Shown: positions 17,701 through 25,871 of the stretch, one piece after another | How the letters are laid out: each line of letters starts with the position of its first letter | Position numbering within the stretch: position 1 is the stretch's first letter | Source of the DNA: Thermoplasmata archaeon | GTDB taxonomy: Archaea; Thermoplasmatota; Thermoplasmata; RBG-16-68-12; JAGMCJ01 | Direction: 5' to 3' | Length of the DNA stretch: 64,000 bases | Assembly: GCA_023136265.1 (NCBI GenBank) | Contig: JAGLRN010000069.1 | Location: forward strand, 8,680 to 72,679 | Translations under genes and position numbers: made by a program | The notes under the pieces: generated by a model | Told to the model about the DNA's origin: nothing | The model's input: the letters and a program-made list of their open reading frames with translations, nothing else | Databases searched by the model: none

Positions 17701-18409
17701 CGGCGACCTCCCTGAACTTCTTCCAATTGATGTTCCACGGGTAGGCGCTGTACCCCGCGATGACAAGCTTCGGTCTGTGCTCCTTGGCGAGCCTCTTCAG
17801 CTCTTTGAAGTTGAACTTGCCGGTCCTGTCGTCCGGGTAGTAGGGGATCACGTTGTAGTACCGTCCGGAGCGGTTCACCTCGCTCCCGTGGGTGAGATGT
17901 CCGCCCGCGTTCAGCGCCATCCCCATGACCGTGTCGCCGGGCTCAAGGAAGGCGTTGTAGACGGCGTTGTTGGCGATAGCGCCCGAGAGCGGCTGGACGT
18001 TCGTGTGAATCTCGTCCGCGGATATCTCGTCCGTCGCGAAGATCTCCGCCAGTCTCTTCTCCGCCAGGTTCTCCATGACGTTGACGTACTCACAGCCCTT
18101 GTAGTACCTCCTGTCCGCGTATCTGCGCTGATGCGTCATCTGGTGCTCGTAGTCCGTTGCCAGCCCCCTGTCCTCCTTGTCCATCCTGACCGATGGATGC
18201 CCCTCGGCGTAGAGGTTCGCGAAGGCGGACGCGACCGCCTCCCTCACCGGGCTGGGACAATAGCTCTCGGATGCGATCATTATGAGCTTCCTATCCTGCC
18301 TCTCCTCCTCGAAGCCTATGAGGTCAGCGACCTCCTTGTCGATATCCTCGAGGCGAGCGTTGAAGACCAAATCCGCGTAAGTTCTCTTGGCCATGCGACC
18401 ACTCCTCAT
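14750..18409 (-). CDS. glyA-gcvT: Fusion of serine hydroxymethyltransferase, a degenerate GcvT-like domain and a GcvT aminomethyltransferase
   Basis: LIMIASE, NVQPLSG, GGHLTHG, DMAHVAGL and TTQK..GPRG (SHMT); then two GcvT-like units, the second with FAGWEMP, GLFDVSHMG, RTGYTGE and GLGARDS. The start may be MAKRT at 18394. Confidence 0.92.
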   Translation of the reverse strand: MRSGRMAKRTYADLVFNARLEDIDKEVADLIGFEEERQDRKLIMIASESYCPSPVREAVASAFANLYAEGHPSVRMDKEDRGLATDYEHQMTHQRRYADRRYYKGCEYVNVMENLAEKRLAEIFATDEISADEIHTNVQPLSGAIANNAVYNAFLEPGDTVMGMALNAGGHLTHGSEVNRSGRYYNVIPYYPDDRTGKFNFKELKRLAKEHRPKLVIAGYSAYPWNINWKKFREVADAAGGAILLADMAHVAGLIVGGQFNNPIGYADVVMFTTQKSICGPRGAVLLTTDKEKAKALDRAVFPGEQSGPHLNNVIAKAVCFEIAKTPEFRELTRRIVENAKHLVSSFKKLGLTVAYGGTDSHLLLIDLRDIKTKTGYPLTGEIASRIMELCGIVINKNTIPYDENAIHPSAVRFGTTWVTQRGFGKSQMEKIAALAHRVLTNIQPFHYVGREKDVGRGKIELRILEEVKRDVDELVKEARSEVPAPRHGYPHYGTGEGEEVENPLEGIHRMSRAKMRRVGGWRIPAVYHTPKKDLEKISKTAGVLDGWTHGLLEVVGWRARPFLDEVCTGPIRGMEFGDSLRTLVLDKEGRIIDDVVVMRETPDKTGRDRFIVVANPQNADTVKLWFRALSDSYVIFDDDIFRKVQGPVIVRDLKRDGKTSIILHGHKSLRMLNKLSPELKKWDGRGAVKASLDGIRVTIGWSGMHLKCERYHLIVSRRKCVDLWNALLDAGKRMGVGPAGMDAELEMRKRRYLPIYGRRKAHASEIVLRRKEFMDMTKPYFIGQRDFLRQRSRKRIYRYEPEDIPLRRSCLYEEHLKLTKETSMKPFAGWEMPILYTSIAEEHRAVRETAGLFDVSHMGVLSVQGRDATEFLDAVTTNYVRWLRPGESQYSYVLDIEGRVIDDIFIYKIGEDDYMVVANAVNAEKVFAWLQAASTGEYLLSREHPTVEATRDVSVRDLKDLSSGRDQRVDIALQGPKSREVLMELVQGEKDRRKLWSLGRFELMRARIAATPLIISRTGYTGEEYGYELFIHPKKAPKLWNLILEAGKLFGVKPAGLGARDSTRTEAGFPLWGNELAGKHDLFPTEAGYGSFVKLHKPFFVGRQRAVEKAFDRKREVVRFRMERKGIRVVRPGLFVVRGKAVIGEVTSCIVVEGVQHGLALIPRKYVVEDALIGMVYPPRGAKLLKKDVQELLSSGKATIETARMLPRLLIQEEPQEE

Positions 18410-18735
18410 GCTATTGCCAAGTGATAGTTGCTCATAAGATTATTCTTTTGGAATCGCTCATTGTCCGAGTGGGGGCAAACCCAACCTAGCGCATCTCAAA
18501 GGGACTGAACAAGCAAGGGCGATGCTATGACAATCCGAGAGAGACAAGATCGACTTCCTGCATGGGTGGGAAAGGAGTCTAGTTCGAGGAGGATGTTCCA
18601 GCACAACTGAGGGGGTGTCAGTATGTGGAATATCGCGGTGGCTGTACTTGACGGTCGGCTGGTGCAAAACATGGTATGTACCACAATAGTTTCAAATAGT
18701 CTGGAGAGGTTCGAACACAAAGTGGAGGCCTCAAG

Positions 18736-19875
18736 ATGAAAGGGAAGGTATTGGCAATCTTCGCGGTGACTTCGCTCGGATTCCTCTTCATTCCGCTCTC
18801 CATTTCTGAGCCAGCGGCCGCTTCTTCGGTGACTCTTTTCGAACCGACCGAGATTGAGAGCAGTTCACTGCGATTGCGTTATTCAGATCACCCATATCAG
18901 GAACCAGATCCTGACGGAGAGGGAATCTGCTATTTTGACGGGATGGAAGTTCACACATCAACCGTACCTAGTTTCGCACCAGGCTTGGACACTCGGTATG
19001 GAACCGCCTATGGCTCTGGATCGACTCGCGTGCATGGCCTGACGCCTTCCACAACTCACTACTTCAAGATCGTCGTATTGCACAGAAGTGGATATGGCCA
19101 GGGGGAACCTTCATGTTCTCTCGAGGGAGAAGCCTCAAATGAGGTCTCTGCGACCACCCTACCATCTGCGGTATACTTCCGGGAAGCTGTCGCCAATCCC
19201 GATAGGCCATGGGACACTCTTGATCTGTCCTGGAGAGCGAACAGGGACGTAGAGGGCTTCCAGAAATATGTCGTCGAACGCGCTTCTGCTGCGAATTTTT
19301 CGGATGCCATCACGGCAGCCACTATCGAGAATCAGGCAACGGAGCAGTATTCAATTCGCGGACTGTCACCATCCACCGCCTATTTCTTCAGAATAGCAGT
19401 CCACGCTACAACGGGAGAAACAAGTCTCTCATCTCTGATTGCCGCGACTACGGAAGATGTGCCAGATGTAATCGCGGTTTCGCTTTATGTACCCTTCAGT
19501 TCGGATGTCACACAAACCAGCGTCGGCCTGAGCTGGCATCACGCACATGATAGATATTGCGAGAAACATGTCATCGAAAGAGCCACATCACCTGATTTCA
19601 CTGGTTCTGTATCCATCATCGTGAAAGACTGCAACATCACGGAATACAACTGGGGAGGTCTGAAAGCTGGTACGAAGTACTACTTCAGAGTGGTATCACA
19701 CAACACTGCTGGCATCGAGGCAACATCCAACACCGTCACTGCAACCACGAGGTCTCAGTCGGTACCCGTGACTGAAATCGTGATTGCTGCGAATACCGTA
19801 ATCTTGGTCATGATCCTGCTGCTGGTCCTGATATCACTAATGAGGAAGAAGACCAAATCCGGCAAGCAAGAATAA
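18736..19875 (+). CDS. Membrane-anchored fibronectin type III repeat surface protein (3 FN3 domains)
   Basis: Signal peptide; GLTPSTTHYFKI, GLSPSTAYFFRI and GLKAGTKYYFRV; C-terminal TM with a basic tail. Confidence 0.82.
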   Translation: MKGKVLAIFAVTSLGFLFIPLSISEPAAASSVTLFEPTEIESSSLRLRYSDHPYQEPDPDGEGICYFDGMEVHTSTVPSFAPGLDTRYGTAYGSGSTRVHGLTPSTTHYFKIVVLHRSGYGQGEPSCSLEGEASNEVSATTLPSAVYFREAVANPDRPWDTLDLSWRANRDVEGFQKYVVERASAANFSDAITAATIENQATEQYSIRGLSPSTAYFFRIAVHATTGETSLSSLIAATTEDVPDVIAVSLYVPFSSDVTQTSVGLSWHHAHDRYCEKHVIERATSPDFTGSVSIIVKDCNITEYNWGGLKAGTKYYFRVVSHNTAGIEATSNTVTATTRSQSVPVTEIVIAANTVILVMILLLVLISLMRKKTKSGKQE

Positions 19876-19948
19876 TGTCCATCGTCCTGCGGCTTGCAGG
19901 AAATGCATAGGTTCATCAGATGCATTCTGTATCTGCAGAGTCTGGGAT

Positions 19949-20551
19949 ATGGTCATCGTGAGGGTCTGTGGGATCGTCGGCAGTCCGGTCAAGAAGGGGA
20001 ACGTGGACCTGCTCGTGTCGCGAGTTCTGGAGGGCGCCAAGAGCGAGGGAGCGGAGACCGAGAAGATATATCTGAACGACCTGAAGATCAGGCCCTGCCA
20101 GGACTGCGTGAAGGACCCCGATCCCGAGTACTGCCTCTTCGACGATGACATGAATGTCATCTATGACGCCCTGGACTCGTGCGACGTCATCGTCCTGGGT
20201 TCTCCCTTGTACTTCGACACCGTGAGTGCACAGACGAAGCTGATGATTGACCGCTGCAACTGTCTGATGCCCTACGTGAAGCATGAGGACGGCACGTATG
20301 GTTTTGAGAGAAGGAAAAAGAGTCGGAACAAGGGAGTATTCGTCGCGGTCGGCGGGCAGGACAGGGACTTCACGCCCATCCTGACGACCGTGAAGGCGTT
20401 CTTCAAGTGGGCGAACATCGAGTTTGTTGACAAGATTTTCTACGGTCAGACGGACGAGGTCAGGGGCGGCGTCAAGGACGACGAGGAGACCATGGCTAAG
20501 GCATTTGAGATTGGCGTCAGAATCACCGCGCCAGCAGAACGGACGGAATAG
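19949..20551 (+). CDS. Iron-sulfur flavoprotein (Isf/WrbA-like flavodoxin family)
   Basis: GSPVKKGN, PCQDC..C..DDM and GSPLYF..VSAQTKLMIDR. Confidence 0.88.
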   Translation: MVIVRVCGIVGSPVKKGNVDLLVSRVLEGAKSEGAETEKIYLNDLKIRPCQDCVKDPDPEYCLFDDDMNVIYDALDSCDVIVLGSPLYFDTVSAQTKLMIDRCNCLMPYVKHEDGTYGFERRKKSRNKGVFVAVGGQDRDFTPILTTVKAFFKWANIEFVDKIFYGQTDEVRGGVKDDEETMAKAFEIGVRITAPAERTE

Positions 20552-20554
20552 TCG

Positions 20555-20680
20555 CTATTCGACCTTCACCATAGCCTGGCCGCAGCAGATGAGCTCTCCG
20601 CCACCAGCTTCCTTGACCTCGACGACGTTCCCGCAGACCTCGCACCGAAACACTTCACCCACTTCGCTAACATGAACCAT
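20555..20680 (-). CDS. Stand-alone desulforedoxin (Fe-Cys4) protein, 41 aa
   Basis: Below the ORF-track size cutoff. Manual translation: [41 protein letters not shown]; upstream AGGTGGA SD-like site. Confidence 0.9.
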   Translation of the reverse strand: MVHVSEVGEVFRCEVCGNVVEVKEAGGGELICCGQAMVKVE

Positions 20681-20747
20681 TCTTCCACCTGGAGTCTGAG
20701 TCTCACAATTCAAAGAGCTTATGTAAATCTTACGACTTCTTCATAGG

Positions 20748-21509
20748 GTGGAACGGTCCGATGGAATGGTTAGGAATGACGCACACGCGGGTTATCGACC
20801 TGGATCGCTCAGGAAGATGTTTCAGGACGTCTCGGATGAGTACGACTTGCTGAACCGTCTCCTGACCTTCGGACTGGACCGTCGTTGGAGGGCGAGGGCC
20901 ACGACATCATGCCTCGAGGACTCTCCCGGAGCGATTCTGGATCTGTGCTGCGGGACGGGCGACCTTCTCTTCACGATCCTGAGGCGGGCCCACGGCGGGT
21001 CAAGGGTGCTCGGCTTGGACTTCACAGAAGCGATGATAGGCAGGGCCAGCATGGCGGCGGGCCGGTCGAAGCCGCTGGTCCTCGCGGACGCGGGCCATCT
21101 GCCGTTCAGGGGCGAATCGTTCGACTGCGTGGCAATCGCCTTCTCGTTCAGGAACCTGCTCTACAAGAACCCCGCCATCGACAGGTACCTGGCCGAGGTC
21201 CTGAGGGTGCTGAGACCTGGCGGGCACTTCGTCATCGTGGAGACAAGCCAACCCGAATCGGACGTCCTCAGGAAGGTCTACCACGCGTATCTGAGGACGA
21301 TCGTGCCCTTCGTTGGCGGGGCGGCATCGGGGAACAAGGGCGCGTACACGTATCTCAGCAAATCCGCGACGAATTTCCCCGCTCCGGAGGAGGTTGCCAC
21401 CGTCCTGCGCGGGGCGGGCTTCAGCGAGGTCGGCTTCGAACCCCTCCTCCTCGGGATGGTCGGGATACACAAAGCCACGAAACAGGCGGGTTCGGAGAAA
21501 GAATCATAA
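20748..21509 (+). CDS. menG: UbiE/MenG quinone C-methyltransferase
   Basis: YDLLNRLLTFGLDRRWR, LDLCCGTGD, RVLRPGG and AYTYLSKS. Confidence 0.88.
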   Translation: MERSDGMVRNDAHAGYRPGSLRKMFQDVSDEYDLLNRLLTFGLDRRWRARATTSCLEDSPGAILDLCCGTGDLLFTILRRAHGGSRVLGLDFTEAMIGRASMAAGRSKPLVLADAGHLPFRGESFDCVAIAFSFRNLLYKNPAIDRYLAEVLRVLRPGGHFVIVETSQPESDVLRKVYHAYLRTIVPFVGGAASGNKGAYTYLSKSATNFPAPEEVATVLRGAGFSEVGFEPLLLGMVGIHKATKQAGSEKES

Positions 21510-21532
21510 ATGTGAACTCAGATGGCGAAGTC

Positions 21533-21967
21533 ATGAGAATGAAGAGCAACGACTTCGAGGATGGTGGAGACATCCCCTCTGGCTTCACTTGCGACGGAGA
21601 GGACATATCGCCCCATCTCGTCTGGGAGGAGGTCCCGGAGGGAGCGAAGAGCCTGGCGCTCATCATGGACGACCCTGATGCTCCAATGGGGACCTGGGTG
21701 CACTGGCTTCTGAGCGACATCCCGCCCGACACAAGAGAGATGCCTCAGAACTCGAGGCCCGAGGGCTCCCGCCAAGTGACGAACGATTTCGGGAGGGAGG
21801 ACTACGGAGGGCCTTGCCCGCCGAGTGGGACTCACAGGTACTACTTCAAGCTGTACGCGCTCAACGTCGAGAAGATCCTGGCGACCGAGAAGAGGGCCTT
21901 CTACCGCGAAGTGGAGGAGCACAAGATCGGCGAAGCCGTCATCATGGGAAGGTTCACCCGGAAGTAG
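21533..21967 (+). CDS. YbhB/YbcL (PEBP) family protein
   Basis: TCDGEDISP, MDDPDAP..WVHW and YGGPCPPSGTHRY; the start is ATG 21533 inside the 20885 ORF. Confidence 0.9.
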   Translation: MRMKSNDFEDGGDIPSGFTCDGEDISPHLVWEEVPEGAKSLALIMDDPDAPMGTWVHWLLSDIPPDTREMPQNSRPEGSRQVTNDFGREDYGGPCPPSGTHRYYFKLYALNVEKILATEKRAFYREVEEHKIGEAVIMGRFTRK

Positions 21968-22025
21968 CCTGAGCCGCCGAAAAACCGTTAAATACCTTCC
22001 TTACTTTCTCCGAGCCAGTGAGAAC

Positions 22026-22214
22026 ATGTGCGAATCCACTGTATACGTTGAGATGGGCGGAGAGGAGACCGAGCTCATGAAGGACGTCGCCAAGATCGAG
22101 GTGAACGGCAAGACGATAACCTGCATAGACATCATGGGCGAGATGAAGACCGTCCAGGGGACGGTGAAGAGAGCTGACTTCGTGAACCACCGGTTCCTCA
22201 TTTCCTCCAAGTAG
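22026..22214 (+). CDS. cooT: CooT nickel chaperone
   Basis: 62 aa beginning MCESTVY (Cys2), with MKDV..DIMGE..DFVNH; upstream of cooC. Confidence 0.85.
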   Translation: MCESTVYVEMGGEETELMKDVAKIEVNGKTITCIDIMGEMKTVQGTVKRADFVNHRFLISSK

Positions 22215-22221
22215 GTCTCCG

Positions 22222-23013
22222 ATGGCCCAGAGGATAGGAATTGCCGGCAAAGGCGGCGTGGGCAAGACCACGCTAGCGGGAACCCTGGCGAGACTTCTAG
22301 CCAGGCGCGGAAAGAAGGTGCTGGCGGTCGACATCGACCCGTCTCCCAGCCTCGCGTCCGCGGTGGGGATACCGGAGGAGGAGAGAAAGAACCTGGTCCC
22401 GCTCTCCCGCATGCTGGACCTCATAGAGGAGAGGACGGGCGTGAGGCCAGGATCCTCCTACGGACAGATGTTCAAGCTCAACCCGAAGGTGGACGACCTC
22501 GTTGACACGTACGGCGCGATCGCGAAGGACGGCGTGAGACTCATCGTCCTAGGTACCATCGAACTGGGCGGGAGCGGATGCTTCTGCCCCGAGAACGCGT
22601 TGCTGAAGCGGCTCCTGAGGCACCTCGTTCTGGACAGGGACGAGGTCCTGATAATGGACATGGAGGCAGGGGTCGAGCATCTGGGCAGGGGCACGGCGGA
22701 GGGCGTAGACGTTCTCGTCATCGTAGTGGAGCCCGGGACGAAGTCCATCGAGACGGCGGGGAGGATAAGGAAGCTGGCGGAGGACGTGGGCATCGGCAGG
22801 GTTGTCGCGGTCCTGAACAAATCGCTCGGACAGGACGACTTCACCCGCTCGAAGCTTGCGGACATAGGCATAGAGCTGGTCGGGTCGATTCCATATAGGC
22901 CGTGCATAATCGAGGCGGACATGAAGGATATCCCACCAATCGACGACGAGGACTGCTCGGAGATCGTCGCGGCAATCGAGGACATCGGGGAGAAACTGGG
23001 ACTCCCGGACTGA
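22222..23013 (+). CDS. cooC: CooC nickel-insertion ATPase
   Basis: GKGGVGKTT, GCFCPE and DMEAGVEHLGRG. Confidence 0.93.
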   Translation: MAQRIGIAGKGGVGKTTLAGTLARLLARRGKKVLAVDIDPSPSLASAVGIPEEERKNLVPLSRMLDLIEERTGVRPGSSYGQMFKLNPKVDDLVDTYGAIAKDGVRLIVLGTIELGGSGCFCPENALLKRLLRHLVLDRDEVLIMDMEAGVEHLGRGTAEGVDVLVIVVEPGTKSIETAGRIRKLAEDVGIGRVVAVLNKSLGQDDFTRSKLADIGIELVGSIPYRPCIIEADMKDIPPIDDEDCSEIVAAIEDIGEKLGLPD

Positions 23014-23063
23014 ACGATAGCTTTTTTCACAGGAAGGCATTCCGCTCTGCAAGGAGGTGCAAC

Positions 23064-23246
23064 ATGCCATTCATAAACGTCTACATGTGGCCAAGGGACA
23101 AGGAGAAGAAGCAGAAGCTCGCGCGAGCTATAACGGACGCCTTCGTGAGAATTGCGGGTATCCCACCAGACTCGATCTGGATCGTCTTCAACGACGTGGA
23201 GAAGTCCAATTGGGCCTCGGCGGGAGAGCTTGTCTCCGAGGATTAG
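23064..23246 (+). CDS. 4-oxalocrotonate tautomerase family protein
   Basis: AGGAGGT SD; M-P1-FINV..KQKLARAITDA..NWASAG; 60 aa. Confidence 0.88.
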   Translation: MPFINVYMWPRDKEKKQKLARAITDAFVRIAGIPPDSIWIVFNDVEKSNWASAGELVSED

Positions 23247-23354
23247 CATCCGTCGCAGCAAGTCGAACTTCGTCTTTTGCCGAAGATGATTCGCAAAAGC
23301 CAGCATCTGGCGGTTCGTGAAATGGGAAAAGAATCGGTGGCCAAGTAGGTCAGG

Positions 23355-23362
23355 TTTATAAA
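23355..23362 (+). promoter_or_regulatory. TATA box TTTATAAA upstream of cooF-cooS-acsBDC
   Basis: Consensus archaeal TATA about 55 nt before the cooF start, inside the palindrome GTTTATAAAC. Confidence 0.5.
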
Positions 23363-23416
23363 CAAGCGGTGTATACGACATAACCGGATTGTTGGCCATC
23401 TAATCGGGGGTAGTGA

Positions 23417-23845
23417 GTGAAGAAAGTCAAGTTTGACAAGGATATCTGCATGAGTTGCAGGGCTTGCGAGACCGCGTGCGGGGAGAGGCATTCCGACCAC
23501 TTGAATTGGCCGGACATCCTTCTTACGGAGCCGAGGCCGATCCCGCGTGTCAGGGTCTCTCTGAAGAAGGGTAACCCGTACCTCGCAAGGTGCCAGTTCT
23601 GCAAGAACCCGAAGTGCATGGAGGTCTGCGAGTTCGATGCCATCACGCAGGAAGAGGACGGGTTCGTGAGATTCGACGCGGAGAAGTGCACGGGATGTTG
23701 GGAGTGCTTGGAGGCATGCCCATTCGACTGCATAGAGAAGGACGAGGTCAACGAAGTCGCGATCAGGTGCGATCTCTGCGAGGAGTATGAGAACCTAGCC
23801 TGCGTCTCGGCCTGTCCGACTGATGCTTTGACGGTGAAGGAATAG
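23417..23845 (+). CDS. cooF: CooF-like multi-[4Fe-4S] ferredoxin subunit
   Basis: CMSCRACETAC, CQFCKNPKCMEVC, CTGCWECLEACP and CDLC..ACVSACP. Confidence 0.88.
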   Translation: MKKVKFDKDICMSCRACETACGERHSDHLNWPDILLTEPRPIPRVRVSLKKGNPYLARCQFCKNPKCMEVCEFDAITQEEDGFVRFDAEKCTGCWECLEACPFDCIEKDEVNEVAIRCDLCEEYENLACVSACPTDALTVKE

Positions 23846-23855
23846 GAGGAATAAC

Positions 23856-25871
23856 ATGGCTAAGGAATCTGAAATGAAACAGAAGTCAGTAGACCCAGCG
23901 ACACTGGAGATGTTGGAGAAGGTGCGCGATTCGGACGTGGATGCCACAACGATGTGGGACCGCTACGAGACGATGCAGCCACAGTGCCGCTTCGGAGAGC
24001 TGGGAATATGCTGCACGATATGTCTTCAGGGACCGTGCAGGATCAATCCGTTCGGCAAGGAACCCTCGCGAGGCATATGCGGGGCGACGGCCTACACGAT
24101 CGTCTCGAGGAACCTTCTCAGGAAGATAGCGGCAGGATGCTCTGCCCACTCCGACCACGGAAGACACATAGCCCATACCATGAAGGCTCTTGTCGACGGA
24201 AAAGCCGACGCCTACTCGATCAAGGACGAGGACAAGCTCAGAGTCGTCGCGCAGAGGGTTGGCATAGATGTAGATGGAAAGGACACGATGGAGCTGACGA
24301 AGGAGCTTCTCGGGGAGGCATTCGAGGACTTCTCAAGGGTAGAGCACGAACCACTCACCTGGTTGCGGACCACGCTCACTCCCAGGAGGCTGGAAATGTT
24401 GGACAGATATGGTGTCCTTCCAAGCAACATCGATGCCGCGGTCGTGGAAATCATGCATCGCACCCACATAGGTGTGGATGCAGATCCCGTTCCCCTCATC
24501 TTCAGCGGGATAAAATGCGCTCTCGCCGATCTGGCCGGTGAGCACATATCCACGGACCTGAGCGACATCCTGTTCGGAACTCCCATGCTCACGTTCACTG
24601 AGTCGAACCTCGGTGTGCTCAAGAAGGAGTCCGTCAACATCGCGATGAACGGTCACAACCCCGTACTGAGCGAGATCATGTGCGATATTGCAGAGGAGAT
24701 GAAGGGTGCCGCCGAGGAAGTTGGAGCGGACGGCATAAACATCGTAGGGATATGTTGCACCGGAAACGAACTGCTCATGCGGCGGGGGATTCCGCTTGCG
24801 ACCAACTTCGCCTCCCAGGAGCTGGCCATCATGACTGGTGTCCTTGACGCCATGGTCATCGACTATCAGTGTATATTGCCCTCGCTTGGGATGTGGGCGA
24901 ACTGCTTCCACACGAAGCTGATATCGACGTCCGACCTCTGCAGGCAGACAGGTGATATCCACATAGAGTTCAATCCCGCGAGCGCGAAGGAGGATGCACG
25001 GAGGATACTCCTTCTGGCCATCAACGCCTACAAGGACAGGAATGAGAATGCCATTCACATACCGGATGTGAAGGAGACTTCCTGTGTCGGATTCAGCGTG
25101 GAACAGATCATGGAGATTCTGTCCAAGGCCTCCGATGATCCTCTTCAATATCTTGCGGACAAGCTCAAAGAGGGAAAGATCCAAGGATTCGCAGCACTCG
25201 TTGGGTGCAACAATGTGAAGACCTGCCATGACCTCAATCATCTGACCCTCGCAAAGGAGTTCATCAAGAACGATATCCTTGTCATCTCGACAGGCTGTGC
25301 CGCGGGCGCCTACGTCAGAGCGGGACTCACGAACTCCAAGGCGACCAAGGACCTCGCGGGAGAAGGTCTGAAGGAAGTGCTCACCGAGCTTGGAGAGAAG
25401 TTTGGCTTCGACGGCCCGTTCCCGCCCGTCTGGCACATGGGGTCCTGCGTTGATAACTCACGAATACACGACTTCATGACGATGCTCGCGAACAAGATGG
25501 GAATTGACATCAAGGACCTTCCCGTCGTGGCGAGTGCGCCCGAGGACATGAGCGAGAAGGCGGTCGTGATAGGGACGTGGCTGGTGGCGACTGGCTGGCC
25601 GACCCACGTGGCGGTGCTACCGTTCATACATGGAAGTCCCCTCGTGGTGCAGATAGCCGAGAACACCGCCCGCGACGTTTACGGAGGCTACTTCGTCTTC
25701 GAGGAGGACCCGGACGAAGCTGCCAGGAAACTGGTCAACATAGTGAAGAACCGACGCTGGAGGTTGGGCATTGGTGAGGACAAGGAGACCATCTATTGGT
25801 CCGGCGAGACCAAGGAGGATGTTTTCGCGGAGAAACCTGAGGTCGCGGCTGACGGAGGTGAGGAGGAATGA
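23856..25871 (+). CDS. cooS: Ni,Fe carbon monoxide dehydrogenase catalytic subunit (CooS/AcsA type)
   Basis: D/B-cluster QCRFG..CCTICLQGPC..CG; C-cluster ligands GHNP, ICCTG, DYQC, GCNN, TGCA and GSCVD; SEKA lysine. Confidence 0.95.
   Translation: MAKESEMKQKSVDPATLEMLEKVRDSDVDATTMWDRYETMQPQCRFGELGICCTICLQGPCRINPFGKEPSRGICGATAYTIVSRNLLRKIAAGCSAHSDHGRHIAHTMKALVDGKADAYSIKDEDKLRVVAQRVGIDVDGKDTMELTKELLGEAFEDFSRVEHEPLTWLRTTLTPRRLEMLDRYGVLPSNIDAAVVEIMHRTHIGVDADPVPLIFSGIKCALADLAGEHISTDLSDILFGTPMLTFTESNLGVLKKESVNIAMNGHNPVLSEIMCDIAEEMKGAAEEVGADGINIVGICCTGNELLMRRGIPLATNFASQELAIMTGVLDAMVIDYQCILPSLGMWANCFHTKLISTSDLCRQTGDIHIEFNPASAKEDARRILLLAINAYKDRNENAIHIPDVKETSCVGFSVEQIMEILSKASDDPLQYLADKLKEGKIQGFAALVGCNNVKTCHDLNHLTLAKEFIKNDILVISTGCAAGAYVRAGLTNSKATKDLAGEGLKEVLTELGEKFGFDGPFPPVWHMGSCVDNSRIHDFMTMLANKMGIDIKDLPVVASAPEDMSEKAVVIGTWLVATGWPTHVAVLPFIHGSPLVVQIAENTARDVYGGYFVFEEDPDEAARKLVNIVKNRRWRLGIGEDKETIYWSGETKEDVFAEKPEVAADGGEEE

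Noticed and set aside
16409-18424. 671-aa plus-strand ORF
   Set aside because: Antisense shadow of the glyA-gcvT fusion, expected from G/C-rich third positions; no recognisable motifs.
20885-21532. Apparent long N-terminal extension of the YbhB protein (likewise 28789 for acsC, 39409 for ccdA, 21825 for cooT, 22902 for the tautomerase)
   Set aside because: The extensions overlap real upstream genes in another frame; family homology begins at the internal ATG starts.
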